This document shows positions 11,618 to 22,175 of a DNA stretch of 64,000 nucleotides, piece by piece (the stretch's first letter is position 1; each line of letters begins with the position of its first letter). The DNA is from Paragordius varius (taxonomy: Eukaryota; Animalia; Nematomorpha), in contig OZ176050.1 in assembly GCA_964247055.1 (NCBI GenBank), positions 10,106,001 through 10,170,000 of the forward strand, in the 5' to 3' direction. A program made the position numbers and the translations under genes. The notes under the pieces were generated by a model, which was not told the origin of the DNA, did no database searches, and saw only the letters and a list, made by a program, of their open reading frames with translations.

Positions 11618-11896
11618 TTATTTTGTTGAAGCTTGTATGAGCGATGGTAAGGATGGAAAGTTTTCAGTGACCGATCCATTGCTAGTTAGATAATTTGAGA
11701 AGGTTGAAGCACAACTACTAGCTAGCCTTTCATTCATATCACAATTTTCTGAGGATTCCGTTCTGTTGGAGGAAAGAGTTTGAGTTAGGGTAGAAGAAGA
11801 CGTTTTCATCAAAGGCTCCTTACTCTGATTTTTTTCATCTCCAATGGTTTCATTTGATGAAGGAATGTTTGAATAACATGAGACCACTGCAGACTT
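11618..11896 (-). CDS. CUX1: CUX-specific terminal exon 17a (ends ...LIQASTK-stop)
   Basis: attttag|AAG acceptor, in frame with ORF 11618..11887. TAA stop at 11620-11618. Confidence 0.75.
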   Translation of the reverse strand, partial: KSAVVSCYSNIPSSNETIGDEKNQSKEPLMKTSSSTLTQTLSSNRTESSENCDMNERLASSCASTFSNYLTSNGSVTENFPSLPSLIQASTK

Positions 11897-11961
11897 CTAA
11901 AATATTGTATACATATTATGTAAAATTTTAGCATTCATATTATTATTATTATTATACCAAC

Positions 11962-12168
11962 CTTGTCCAAAATGTGCTCGATGGGATTCTGATCACTGGT
12001 TTCCAATTTAAAGGGCGTGTTCCGTTTACGCTTAGAAGCGCCATTATTAGAACCAGAGGTAAGCTCATTCTGAGAAAGATTCATTCCATCTTGAACACTC
12101 GCATTGCAATTGTCATTCAAAGATACAGTGGAAGATTTATCATCTACTGAAGATGATCTGGAAGTTTT
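11962..12168 (-). CDS. CUX1: CUX-specific exon 16a
   Basis: attatag|AAA acceptor, in frame with ORF 11935..12120. Contains a basic patch KRKR. Donor gttggt at 11961. Confidence 0.78.
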
Positions 12169-12261
12169 CTATAATATTGTAAACAAAAAGAGATTATTAG
12201 GTAAAGTAAAATTGTTAATTTAAAATACGAATGAGAAAGTTTTCGTCTATATATTTCTAAC

Positions 12262-12677
12262 CTCTGATTTTTGCTCATGTGTTTGCATAATACACATGGG
12301 ATCAGTTGCATCTCGAGATTTATTTATCCGTGATAACGAATCCGAAATGGGACTTCCAATTTTGGATATGTTAAAAAATGGACTTTTCATCACATCATAA
12401 TTTTGTTGGGAAAGAAAATTTAGGAAAAAATCTTTCGTTGACATTGAGATATCGGATTCGTTGGAATTATTTTTAGAGTTTGCATTTAAAAGTGCTGATG
12501 ATATCTTTTCATTGTTTGGATCAGAAAAGGATTCAGACTTTAAGGATTCTGTAGGTGTTTGTACACTTTTTGCCGCATCCTTAGCTTTATATGATGGAGT
12601 GCTATTATTATTTTTAACAAATGGGGGATCAAATAGTGTGTTATGATTAGTGCAACTGCTATTGTTGTCCTTAATTG
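12262..12677 (-). CDS. CUX1: CUX-specific exon 15a (low complexity, no homeodomain)
   Basis: tttttttctttacag|CA acceptor is phase-1 compatible. Open frame continues into ORF 12247..12444. Donor gttaga at 12261. Confidence 0.82.
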
Positions 12678-12742
12678 CTGTAAAGAAAAAAATAGATTAT
12701 ATTACAATAAAAATAAAAAATATAAAAAGTTTTTTTACTTAC

Positions 12743-12887
12743 TTTTCTTTTTTTGTTTCCAACTCTTCAACTTTTCTATGTTGGAAGGATCATTCAACCA
12801 AAAATGCATGCGAATAAATGGTTCTCTCCCCTTTAGGCTTAACATGTGCCATGGTTTGGGTTTGGATAATAATTCGCTAACCGATCC
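12743..12887 (-). CDS. CUX1: CUX-specific exon 14a, second half of CUT repeat 3 (not in the ORF track)
   Basis: tgtttag|GGA acceptor. Encodes [48 protein letters not shown]. Perfect donor gtaagt at 12742. Confidence 0.95.
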
Positions 12888-13006
12888 CTAAACAAAAAGG
12901 TTAAATTAGTAATTTCGAACACAATAAATTAAGATATAGTTAAATCACGGTTAAGGTCGAAATGGAGATCATTCAATTATGCTTTAAAATGTATTTAAAA
13001 TTCTAC

Positions 13007-13686
13007 CTGTGATAACCCAAGCACCGATTCCCCAAAAACTTTTTGCCCAATGTTGTAATTAACCAATATTTCTTTGATTCTCATGGTTAGCGTCAGAGTG
13101 TCAATATTACCAGACACGGCGGTGTATTCGAGCAAGCTATTAGATGGTGTAGATGTTACGCCTGATGGTGTAGTAGAAGAGCAGACAAAAGTTGGAACAG
13201 CCATACCATTACAATTTTTGCTAGAAATCTGATTTGGATTTAAAGTGTTGTTTGATGAACTCACAAAACATTTTCCCTTGTTGGAATTGTCAGTATTTGA
13301 TTTCGTAGTATTTGTAGCTGATAGAGTTGACGTTAGAGGTGATAATATGGAAGAATGAGAAGAGACATTTTCAGTTGATGGGGATGAAAAGCCATTTTGA
13401 TTTAAAAAGGTTCCATTTAAACAATCTTTGAAAGGATGGGATTGATGATTGAAACTATTTGCAATATTGGTATCAATTGGATTTGCTATCAAAAAAGAAT
13501 AAACATTACCATAGGCACTCATATGATGATCTTTAGCGGTAAATATAAAACACTTACATCCTTTTTTGTACATCAAATCATTCATAAGCTTGATCATAGA
13601 AGAAGCATCCAACGCCCTAGCCAACAATGGGTTTTTAACGTCATCTTGATAATCAGTTATTTGGTCTTTATCATCATTGGTTTTTT
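13007..13686 (-). CDS. CUX1: CUX-specific exon 13a, ending in the first half of CUT repeat 3
   Basis: attatag|AA acceptor, in frame with ORF 12995..13627. Ends IDTLTLTMRIKEILVNYNIGQKVFGESVLGLSQ. Donor gtagaa at 13006. Confidence 0.92.
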
Positions 13687-13751
13687 CTATAATATGTTAT
13701 TGTAAATGTTAACAGCCATTAATCAATAATGAATATCAAATATTAATTTAC

Positions 13752-15530
13752 CTTTAAAAGCGTTATTTTGAAGATTGCTTTTTTCAACAAGGGGCGTAGT
13801 ATTAACTTTTTGAAATGATTGATTAGTAGGGGGGACTACTGATCCGTTCATAGATTTTTTAATTAATGAAGCAAGAGATGCTGCACCATTTTCATACGGT
13901 GTAATTGGAGGAGTTATAGTGTCTATGTTTAGGAAATGGGGAGGTGGAGTCCCACCACTCTGAACAGTGGTTGAAATCGGGAAGAATGGAGGTTTATTTT
14001 GCGTCAGTTGTTCATCCAAAAATAGTTGCATCCTTATAAATGGTTCTTTCCCTTTTTGGGTTAGGGATGACCAAGGTTTTGGTCTGGCTAATAAATCGCT
14101 TACTGACCCTTGTGAAAGTCCCAAAACCATTTCACCAAACACACGTTGACTTATGGAATATTTTGCTAGGTATTCTTTAACACGCCTTACCAATTCATCA
14201 GTGTTGATGTGGTTTGCATTATCTGTGGATGAGGGTGTAGCCTGGGAAGAACATGTGGATTCGGATACAGAACCATTCTTGGATAAGTTGCTGTTTTCAC
14301 CTTTTGAGGCACCATTATTTATTTTTTTACATGGTGGAACACTTAAATCTTTGGCTAACAAACGATTTTCTAGGCTATTTTTAGGGTAATTTTTACCTAA
14401 ACCATCGTTATTATTGTTTGATTCGGAATGTGTTAATAAAGTCATTTTATGGTTTTGGTCCTTTTGTTGTAGTTGATCATAATGATGCTGCTTGTTAGAA
14501 AGTGTGTTTTCAAACGCCTTGTTCGCATCTAAATCAAATTCAATTTCATCCGCATCTCGTTTCCGCTTGAGATTTAAACTCAAATTTAAAGGGCTCAAAG
14601 GGGAAGATGTCGCATTGTTCTCGTGACTAAAAAATTTAATATGAGATGCCTGAGTGGATGATGGTTGATGAAGAGTGGTTGTTGTTGTATAATAATGTTC
14701 CAAATAATCAAAATATTGTTTGGAATAATTTGCAAATGAATGTAAAGGATTATCAGGAATGCCATAATCTTTGTTTTCATGTGAGCTTTTGTCCGAATTA
14801 TTTGTCATTGGACTTTTAGCATTTTTATCAAGCGCTGCCATTAACAGTTTTAACATAAGCGATGTGGTTGATGAATCATCTATGCTTTTTGTTGTGTTGC
14901 AATTTTTAGTTAAGGCGGCAGACTCTAAATTTGGGAAAGGCGCCTTTTCATCAAGGGCACTTGTGGTAAAATTAGTCATATACTCTTTCCAAAACCGATT
15001 AAAATACTTGCCGGGGGCGATTTCATAATTATCATCCATTTGACTGGTGTTGCCTTTATTATTATATTTTGAAGTTTTGGAGATATTATCAGAGCTTTCT
15101 TTGTCTTCTCCAGCACTTTTATCATCATTGCCATTGTTAGGATCTGTATTTCGGCTTTGATGACAGTTATTATCATTATTATGATTAGTGTCATAATCAG
15201 TTTCCGCAATGACAAGAGGAGCAACATTTGTTTGGTTTGAGCATTGAGTTGTGTTGCCTTCGTCCGATTTTGAGTCGAAAGATGCGACGCCCGGGGATTC
15301 AAAACTATTATTTGCAGCAGAAATGACACAGGGTGTTGAAAGTAAGGACGGAGACAAAGTTGACGTTGCTGTTGTTGCTGGAGAAGTGTTGGTAGTAGTA
15401 CTAATATCTCCTCCACTCCCCAAGTTATTATAGCTACTGTGATTAAAATCTTGGAATGCTTTAAGTATGTTGTGTGAGGAATTGATAGCAATGCTTGTTA
15501 GGGCTGATGAGGCACCATTTATATCTTTGG
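13752..15530 (-). CDS. CUX1: CUX-specific exon 12a containing CUT repeat 2
   Basis: tatttag|CC acceptor, in frame with ORF 13723..15423. Contains [64 protein letters not shown]. Donor gtaaat at 13751. Confidence 0.93.
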
Positions 15531-15685
15531 CTAAATATTTGCATAAATATACCGTTATATTAATTTATAGAGCAATTTTAATGTGTGATTACATTATTAA
15601 TCCATATAGTTTTACAATTATCATCGCATTTTTCAAAATAAAAAATTTAGTTTTAATTCCATTGTTATTGGGAAAAAATTCAAAC

Positions 15686-15838
15686 CTCTTTTCGGGGCAA
15701 GGCATTTCAACGCAACGATAGCATTAGGATCACACACCCAAGCGTACATTTTTCGATATGACTCACGGCCCTTACCCGACAATCGTTCCCATGGTTTAGG
15801 TTTTGAAAGCAACTCACTTACAGTTCCCTGGGATAAAC
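15686..15838 (-). CDS. CUX1: CUX-specific exon 11a, second half of CUT repeat 1
   Basis: ttgcag|GT acceptor. Encodes [51 protein letters not shown]. Donor gtttga at 15685. Confidence 0.95.
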
Positions 15839-15904
15839 CTGCAATAAACGCATAAAATTTCATTTAAAAACTTCAAATTTAAGAAATAACGGGGGATTTA
15901 TTAC

Positions 15905-16212
15905 CAAGAATGTATTTGGCAAACACTCGTTGGCCGATTTGATTAAAACACAAGGCTTCTCGCACCCTTTTTGCAATTTCTTCCGTGTTTGGGAGCAGGG
16001 AATTTTTTCCCTCTTCGTTATGGTGTTTGGATTCATCCGAATTGGCTGGGGTACATGTTTCGTTAGAGGCGCTGCTATTATTTTGATCACAAAGTGGTAA
16101 CATAATTGTCGAGGATCCAACCTGAATTTTAGTTTCATTCTCATTCATCATGTTGTACTGTTGGGATTGTTGAAATTTTTTGGCATTTTCTGTGCTGCGA
16201 TTAATACCTTTT
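15905..16212 (-). CDS. CUX1: CUX-specific exon 10a, first half of CUT repeat 1
   Basis: ttttatag|A acceptor. Ends NTEEIAKRVREALCFNQIGQRVFAKYIL. Phase-1 donor gtaata at 15904. Confidence 0.92.
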
Positions 16213-16338
16213 CTATAAAAGGTATACAAGAGTTATTTCAGCGCAAACAAAGATGGGATTATGGACATTCATAAATTTAAGTATATAAACAAATTAAACA
16301 GTTATAATGAGTAAATACAAATTAAAAAGTATACTCAC

Positions 16339-18004
16339 TCTTTTTTGGGGTGAAAGTTTGCGATATCACTGGTGTTTTTATGGGAATGATCAGTGTCAAA
16401 AGAGAATTTTGATATCATGTCATTTTCACCACCGGATGATAAAGCATTAAATAAATGATGACTAGTTTGATTTATTGACTCATTTGAAATATATTGAAAT
16501 TGTTTGTACGTTGGATTTTGCACATTGGACTGGGATGTATTTTCGCATTTTTGATTATTTGTTACATCTGTTTTGCTATAACTGCATAGCAAATCAAATG
16601 TATTGCAATGGTCACGATTAAGATCCAATAGTTGACTTATAGTATTTGATTTGTTTTCGATGCCTCCTTTGGAAGAATTAACATAGTTATTCAAAAATAC
16701 GGGATCATTCATTAATTTTGTTGAGGATGGTCCCTTGTTACTCTTTGGTACCTTGTGATTATTATTACTTTTTGCTGTGTTTGAGAATTTTATATGGCTT
16801 TCATCTACATTCATAATGTTTTTTGTTTTATCAGCCATCTCTCTGCCATTTGGGTCAGAATATGAGAGTGCTTGTGCGGCGTAAAAATTTGGAGACACTG
16901 GTGATACACTTAATCCGGTTGAACTTGGTGCCAAATTAAACAATGTCGTAAAATCTAGAGCATTATTCGTTGGGTTTGGAGAGGCATCGTTGGCCATGTC
17001 ACTCTTGAAAAAATGACGGTAATAAAATGCGGCAGCCATACGTTGATAGGCCAAAAAGTTTTTATCCAAACAGGTGTCCCCAGATAATGAAGTGGGCAGA
17101 TTTTTACTGATGTTAGTGGTATTGGCAAAATTTTCGCTTTTGATTGCAGGTTTGATTGAATTATTTTTTGTGGAATCGCATGTTGTTTCGTCACAATCCA
17201 TATCTATTTTCACACAAGATTCATAGTTTAACGGTTTCAAACTAATCAAATTATTATTGTCATCACCAATACTATCGTTGCTATTATGAAATGCATGGGT
17301 ATTTTCTTGTAAAACTTTGGCTGATATGGAGTTGTTAACGTTATCTGAGGTGTCGGGAATCCGGTTGTCGCGATTAGAAAATACAATATCTTTTTCATTT
17401 TTATTGGATAACTTATTTTTACCCAAACTCACAATCTTGTTATTATCGTCCCTGAATTTGTCTCCTTTATTTCCAATATTTTGATTGTGTTTTGTAGAAT
17501 TAGAAGTGCCACCATTTAGATATTCAGGTAAGGCATAATGCCTCGCCCAATAATTTTCAGGGGATGATAAATTATTCATGATTGAATCAAACATGACTGA
17601 GGACTTTTGGTTAGATGATATTAACGTTTTATTTTTGGGTTCGTGAGATTTCATTCCCTTGTCCAAATTATCCAATATTTCTGGTTTCACAGCATATGCG
17701 TGCCATGATGCAAAATTTTTATTTAATTCTAGGGTTGTTACGATATCTGAATAATCAGTTTCAGGTTCAATTTTTATGTTGGGGAGTTTATTCAAAGAAT
17801 TGGGATAATTGTTTAGTAGTTCATTCTTTTCTTTTAAGGGTATACTAGTGTTTGCAGAAGATAATAAGGCACTAGAAGAAGATGATGATATTAATGTTGA
17901 GGAATTATTTGATTGAAAACAAGGTAATATCGATAAATTTGATGTTGCGTTTTGTATTGTCGTCGTTATTGTTGGTGCTGTAGCATTATTGAGAAAGGTA
18001 GCGC
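16339..18004 (-). CDS. CUX1: CUX-specific exon 9a (large N/S/T-rich low-complexity exon)
   Basis: The frame is open from 18002 into ORF 16335..17795. Phase-1 acceptor is either catgaag|GC (18004) or ctacag|CA (17977). Canonical phase-2 donor GA|gtgagt at 16338. Confidence 0.82.
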
Positions 18005-20667
18005 CTTCATGTTAAAAACATAAATTTTATTATATAAAATAATATAAAGGTAGAAAAGTATAGAGAATGTAGGATAAAAAGGTTCTTAAGAAACAATCAT
18101 TTTCATTTTAGATTAAAATCGCAACGATATTGTTGTACTACTTTACGTTGTTCAATAATTGAAAAAAACGACTTTTAAACATGCGAAATAAATCTTATCG
18201 GATTATTATATAATTGTGAAATTTTATAAAAGATTCTTCCCCAAATACAAAAATAGAAAAATTGATGGACTTTTTAAAAATAAAGAATTTAAATCGAATG
18301 TGCATATTTCTTTTACCTTTTATCATTACACTTTTACATAAAAGTTTAAAAGATTGCAAAAAAAGAACTCAACAACAAATTTGTTGTGCGATTGTCAACC
18401 TCTATTGTTAGATTTCATTCGAATTCACAAAATATTGATAAATATTTTTTACGATTTATAAATTACACATGTAAAAATATGTCTTTTAGATTTAGAGAGA
18501 TATAGGCTTATCTGAAAAAAAGGTTAAGATACAAGATTAACCTACTTATCAATACTATATTTTTTCTGAGCTTTATCGTTGTTTTTAAATTTTAAAAAAT
18601 AAGATATGAAATATGACGACTATATTTTAACTTAACTAAAAAATCATTGACGAGGGAAAATCACATCGATTATTATTGCCATTAATTTTTTTACAATCAT
18701 AATTTTGATTGCCAAGAACAGAAAAATTGAATCAAAATAATTAATGTGAAACGTTCGTTTTACTAATAATTTTTTCGCAAGAATTAAAAAAATTAAAAAG
18801 AAACTACATCTATATTGATAAGGTAAAATATATTAAAATTCGTATTAAATGAAAAATATAATAATTACCTTTTAAAGTAATACACAGACGACTATATCAA
18901 TCAAAAATATATGATTAGTATATTAATAATAGTAATAAATAATTTGACATAATAGATAGATCGATATAATAGATTCAAATATCAAATAATCAATGTTTGA
19001 TGTGAAATATTACAATATAATGTATAATAATAATAATAATACATAATGGAATTGTTATCGAATATCAAAATAGGAAAATATGATCAAATCAAATAACAAA
19101 AATATGGTATAAACTGTGCTGTGTAAATGACAAATTATTAGTATGTTACAAAGTAGTATTCTGGAAAACTGCGTTACTCCAATTATATAATCATATAAAA
19201 TTTTAAATTATTAATATAAATATTAAGATTGCGTGTGAATGTGTTGCATAAAGGATGTAATTTATTTTTGATACAATCAATATATGTACCATAATTTAGA
19301 TAGATATATATTGATCAATGATTAGAGTTATTGAATGCAACATACAATTTCTGCACAGAATATTACAAATATCTTTACATCTCATAAGATAATTGTTGGT
19401 ATGTGAAATTGATAAAATGTTTAACCCCATACAAAAAATAGTTGGTTGGTTTAGTAACTTTAAAATCCAAAATATATCCGCCTACACTCTACTATTAGCA
19501 ATATTTACACTATCTAACAATTAGTCAAGTAATCAATATACGGACGGTCGTAATAAAACATAATGTCCAATTTGTATGTCATTAACTATTAATATCATAC
19601 CCAAAAATCAAACCACAATGACAGTTGATTTGTTTATTATTATAAAAACCATTTGGCACGCCCGCGCAAACCGTAGGTCAATAGCCCATCTTTGTGCATT
19701 CTCTATAATAGAGGTGGTCAAGTTCGTGCCGGTAGTGATTTTATGGTAAAAATTAAATAATGTCAATTCCCGAAAAAAGAAACAAGATTATTTGTCTCTA
19801 ATTTATTCGCTCTAAACATTTCGGCTTATAATTATGAAAAATTATTTTTAATTTATCCATAGTAGTTTGTGATTTGGCTCAAATACACATTCATAATCTT
19901 AAGAATAAAATAATCAGATCATGCATATTTAAATCCACATATGGCTTAGCCAAAAAATGATTTGATATATTTATTATTAAACCGTGTGATCCAATTATTA
20001 TTATTATCAATGTTTAGTTTTTTAAACAATATTGTGGTTTGGTTTTGTTGTACCGAAAATAGGCAAAACCGATGCTTATCAGAACCAATCTCAAAATACC
20101 ATATGTGGTTTTTGGTTATTGCATACGCAAAAATAATATATTTGATATTTTATTTAATATTCATTCAATAATGATAATAATAATAATATGTTTAAATTTA
20201 AAAATAAATGTTATTTCTTATTTTAATTTCATGCATTGTTATCTGATAAAATTTTTGGATACATTAACAAAAAAATTAATTTAAAAAACTGTTTAAATAA
20301 CTAAATTGTAAAAATAATAGGATGAATTTAAATAATTTTACATGCAACCGAATCCTAATCAGATTATTAATAATTAAGACAAATAATAAATGTTCTTTAC
20401 AGCAGAGGGAAAAGTTCAAAACTTATACATGTAATTTTTACTTGGAAATATATTTAAATAATAAAATATTGATAAATTTAATATATATAACCTCTTTCAT
20501 AAAATTTATAGTTTGCCTACGATTATTAAAGAAATAATACTTTTATATAATTTTTTTACGTTATTATTATTTAAAATTTAATCTTTTCTGTAAAACGCTT
20601 TGGTTTATGATTATATTTCTGCAAATTTAATCAACCATCCATCCATAAAATATGGTTAAACATTTAG

Positions 20668-20669
<2 letters not shown>

Positions 20670-20706
<37 letters not shown>
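20670..20706. repeat. (TA)n microsatellite
   Basis: Direct reading. Confidence 0.95.
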
Positions 20707-20712
<6 letters not shown>

Positions 20713-20892
20713 CAATAAAATTAAATGAAAATATATATAAATATATATACTGAAAGAATTAAAAAAGGCAACCTTTAAACTATTTGCAATTATAAAACAA
20801 TTTCGAATATGATTATTTCTCACCAAAAAACTTATTTTTTTTCATAAATTTGTTTATAAGTTTTTTTTTATGGAAAATTAATAAAAATTAAC

Positions 20893-21062
20893 CTGACAAT
20901 TGTTCATTCGTCATTTTCAAGTGATTGTTTTCATTTTTCAAAATTTTATTCTTTTCCATAACTACAACTTCCAAAGGTTTTTCTTTTAATATTGTGGATG
21001 ATTCTGACTCAGATCCATTAGTTGTCAAAGATATATCATTCAGTTCCATCGATTTGAAAACG
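20893..21062 (-). CDS. CUX1: CUX1/CASP last shared exon 8 (branch-point exon)
   Basis: gaatag|C acceptor. Encodes VFKSMEL...KPLEVVVMEKNKILKNENNHLKMTNEQLS (human ILKSMEF...[29 protein letters not shown]). Phase-1 donor gttaat at 20892. Confidence 0.92.
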
Positions 21063-21136
21063 CTATTCACACACACAATAGTTTTATAACCACTATAATT
21101 AAATGGCTAAGGAATAATTAAGCGTATAACTTAAAC

Positions 21137-21423
21137 CAGGGGTATTCAATACAAATGGCATGGTGGGCCGCATTTTAAACTGAGAATTCGAAAGTTGGGT
21201 ATCAAGAAATATATTATTTTGCACGCATAAGTTTGTAAATAAATTTACAAATACAATAGAAGCGCTATTTTTTTCACCAATTTTTGCAGTTCGGTGCAAT
21301 AATTGGGAAATACTTTTTCAGAAAATATCTCGAGAAAAATTTTATCAAGATAATAGCATTTTGTGCAAATTATAAAATATCGCTTTTATTTGGTAATTAT
21401 TAAGTCGCGTGTAGGACACCCTA
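21137..21423. mobile_element. hAT-type MITE in CUX1 intron 7, same family as 4609
   Basis: Left end CAGGGGTATTCAATACAAATGGCATGGTGGGCCGCATTTT resembles 4609 CACAGGTGTCCAACACAAATGGCTTCGCGAACCGCATTTT. Right end GTGTAGGACACCCTA is degenerate and I see no TSD. Confidence 0.5.
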
Positions 21424-21443
21424 AATTATGCTAAAATTCGTAC

Positions 21444-21625
21444 TCTAATTCCCGCTTGATGTTATCGTAATCACTCATAGTTGTTAATTTGGATTCCAGG
21501 ATGGTTAAATTTTGATCTTTTTCTGAGAGTAAACTTCTTAACTGATTCAAATTTTCTTGATTAGTTTTCTCCTGAACCTCAAGATGTTCTTTGGTTGATT
21601 TAATTTCATTATATAACTTTTGTAT
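21444..21625 (-). CDS. CUX1: CUX1/CASP shared exon 7 (not in the ORF track)
   Basis: ttttag|ATA acceptor. Encodes IQKLYNEIKSTKEHL...LTILESKLTTMSDYDNIKREL (human QADYEEVKKEL). Phase-2 donor gtacga at 21443. Confidence 0.88.
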
Positions 21626-21696
21626 CTAAAATTAAAATACAATATAATAACAATTATTTATTCATATATTGACCAAGTAAAATGAAAAATTATTAC

Positions 21697-21883
21697 TTCA
21701 TTATCCTTCAGAGTTATTTTTTCTTCCAAATGGGCTTTCATCGTTTCCATTTCTTTCAGCGGTGTATTTACTCTATTTTCGAGTCCTTCTGACGAGCTTA
21801 GGATTCTAAGTTGTCTTTCAGCATTCTCCGATCTTTGATTCAGCTTTTCAACATCCTTGGCTAACATATCAATTTCATAATTT
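21697..21883 (-). CDS. CUX1: CUX1/CASP shared exon 6
   Basis: catag|A acceptor. Encodes NYEIDMLAKDVEKLNQRSENAERQL...EEKITLKDNE. Donor gtaata at 21696. Confidence 0.88.
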
Positions 21884-21952
21884 CTATGAGGCACATAAAA
21901 ATATATAATTGAGATTGATAGAATATGAATATATAACAAACTAAATATGATC

Positions 21953-21974
21953 AATATATATATATATATATATA
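21953..21974. repeat. (TA)n microsatellite starting at the exon 5 splice donor
   Basis: Minus strand reads GCAAA|gtatatatat... Confidence 0.95.
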
Positions 21975-21975
21975 C

Positions 21976-22175
21976 TTTGCCGATATGTCCTGGTCATATT
22001 TCGATTTCAAGTCAAACAATTGACCATTGACCGTATCAAAAGATTGGTGCAAGCCTTTCAACTCATTCTGCAGACGGTTGATGGTTTCATTCAGCCCTTT
22101 TTGTTCTTCAAGCAATTGCTTTTCCCGTTCACTGAAGGTGGCAGACATATCACTGTGTAGTTTTGACGTAATCTC
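21976..22175 (-). CDS. CUX1: CUX1/CASP shared exon 5
   Basis: tatag|GAG acceptor. Encodes EITSKLHSDMSATFSEREKQL...QLFDLKSKYDQDISAK. Phase-2 donor gtatat at 21975. Confidence 0.9.

Noticed and set aside
12040-12062. TGG-TTC (Trp-Phe) on the minus strand as a possible homeodomain helix 3
   Set aside because: It is out of frame with the CUX exon and immediately followed by TAA, with no N or R residues after it.
12461-17848. Plus-strand and alternative-frame ORFs overlapping the CUT exons (e.g. 13436..13705, 14153..14389, 14771..15028, 14976..15491)
   Set aside because: These are antisense or shifted-frame shadows of long coding exons with no recognisable domains.
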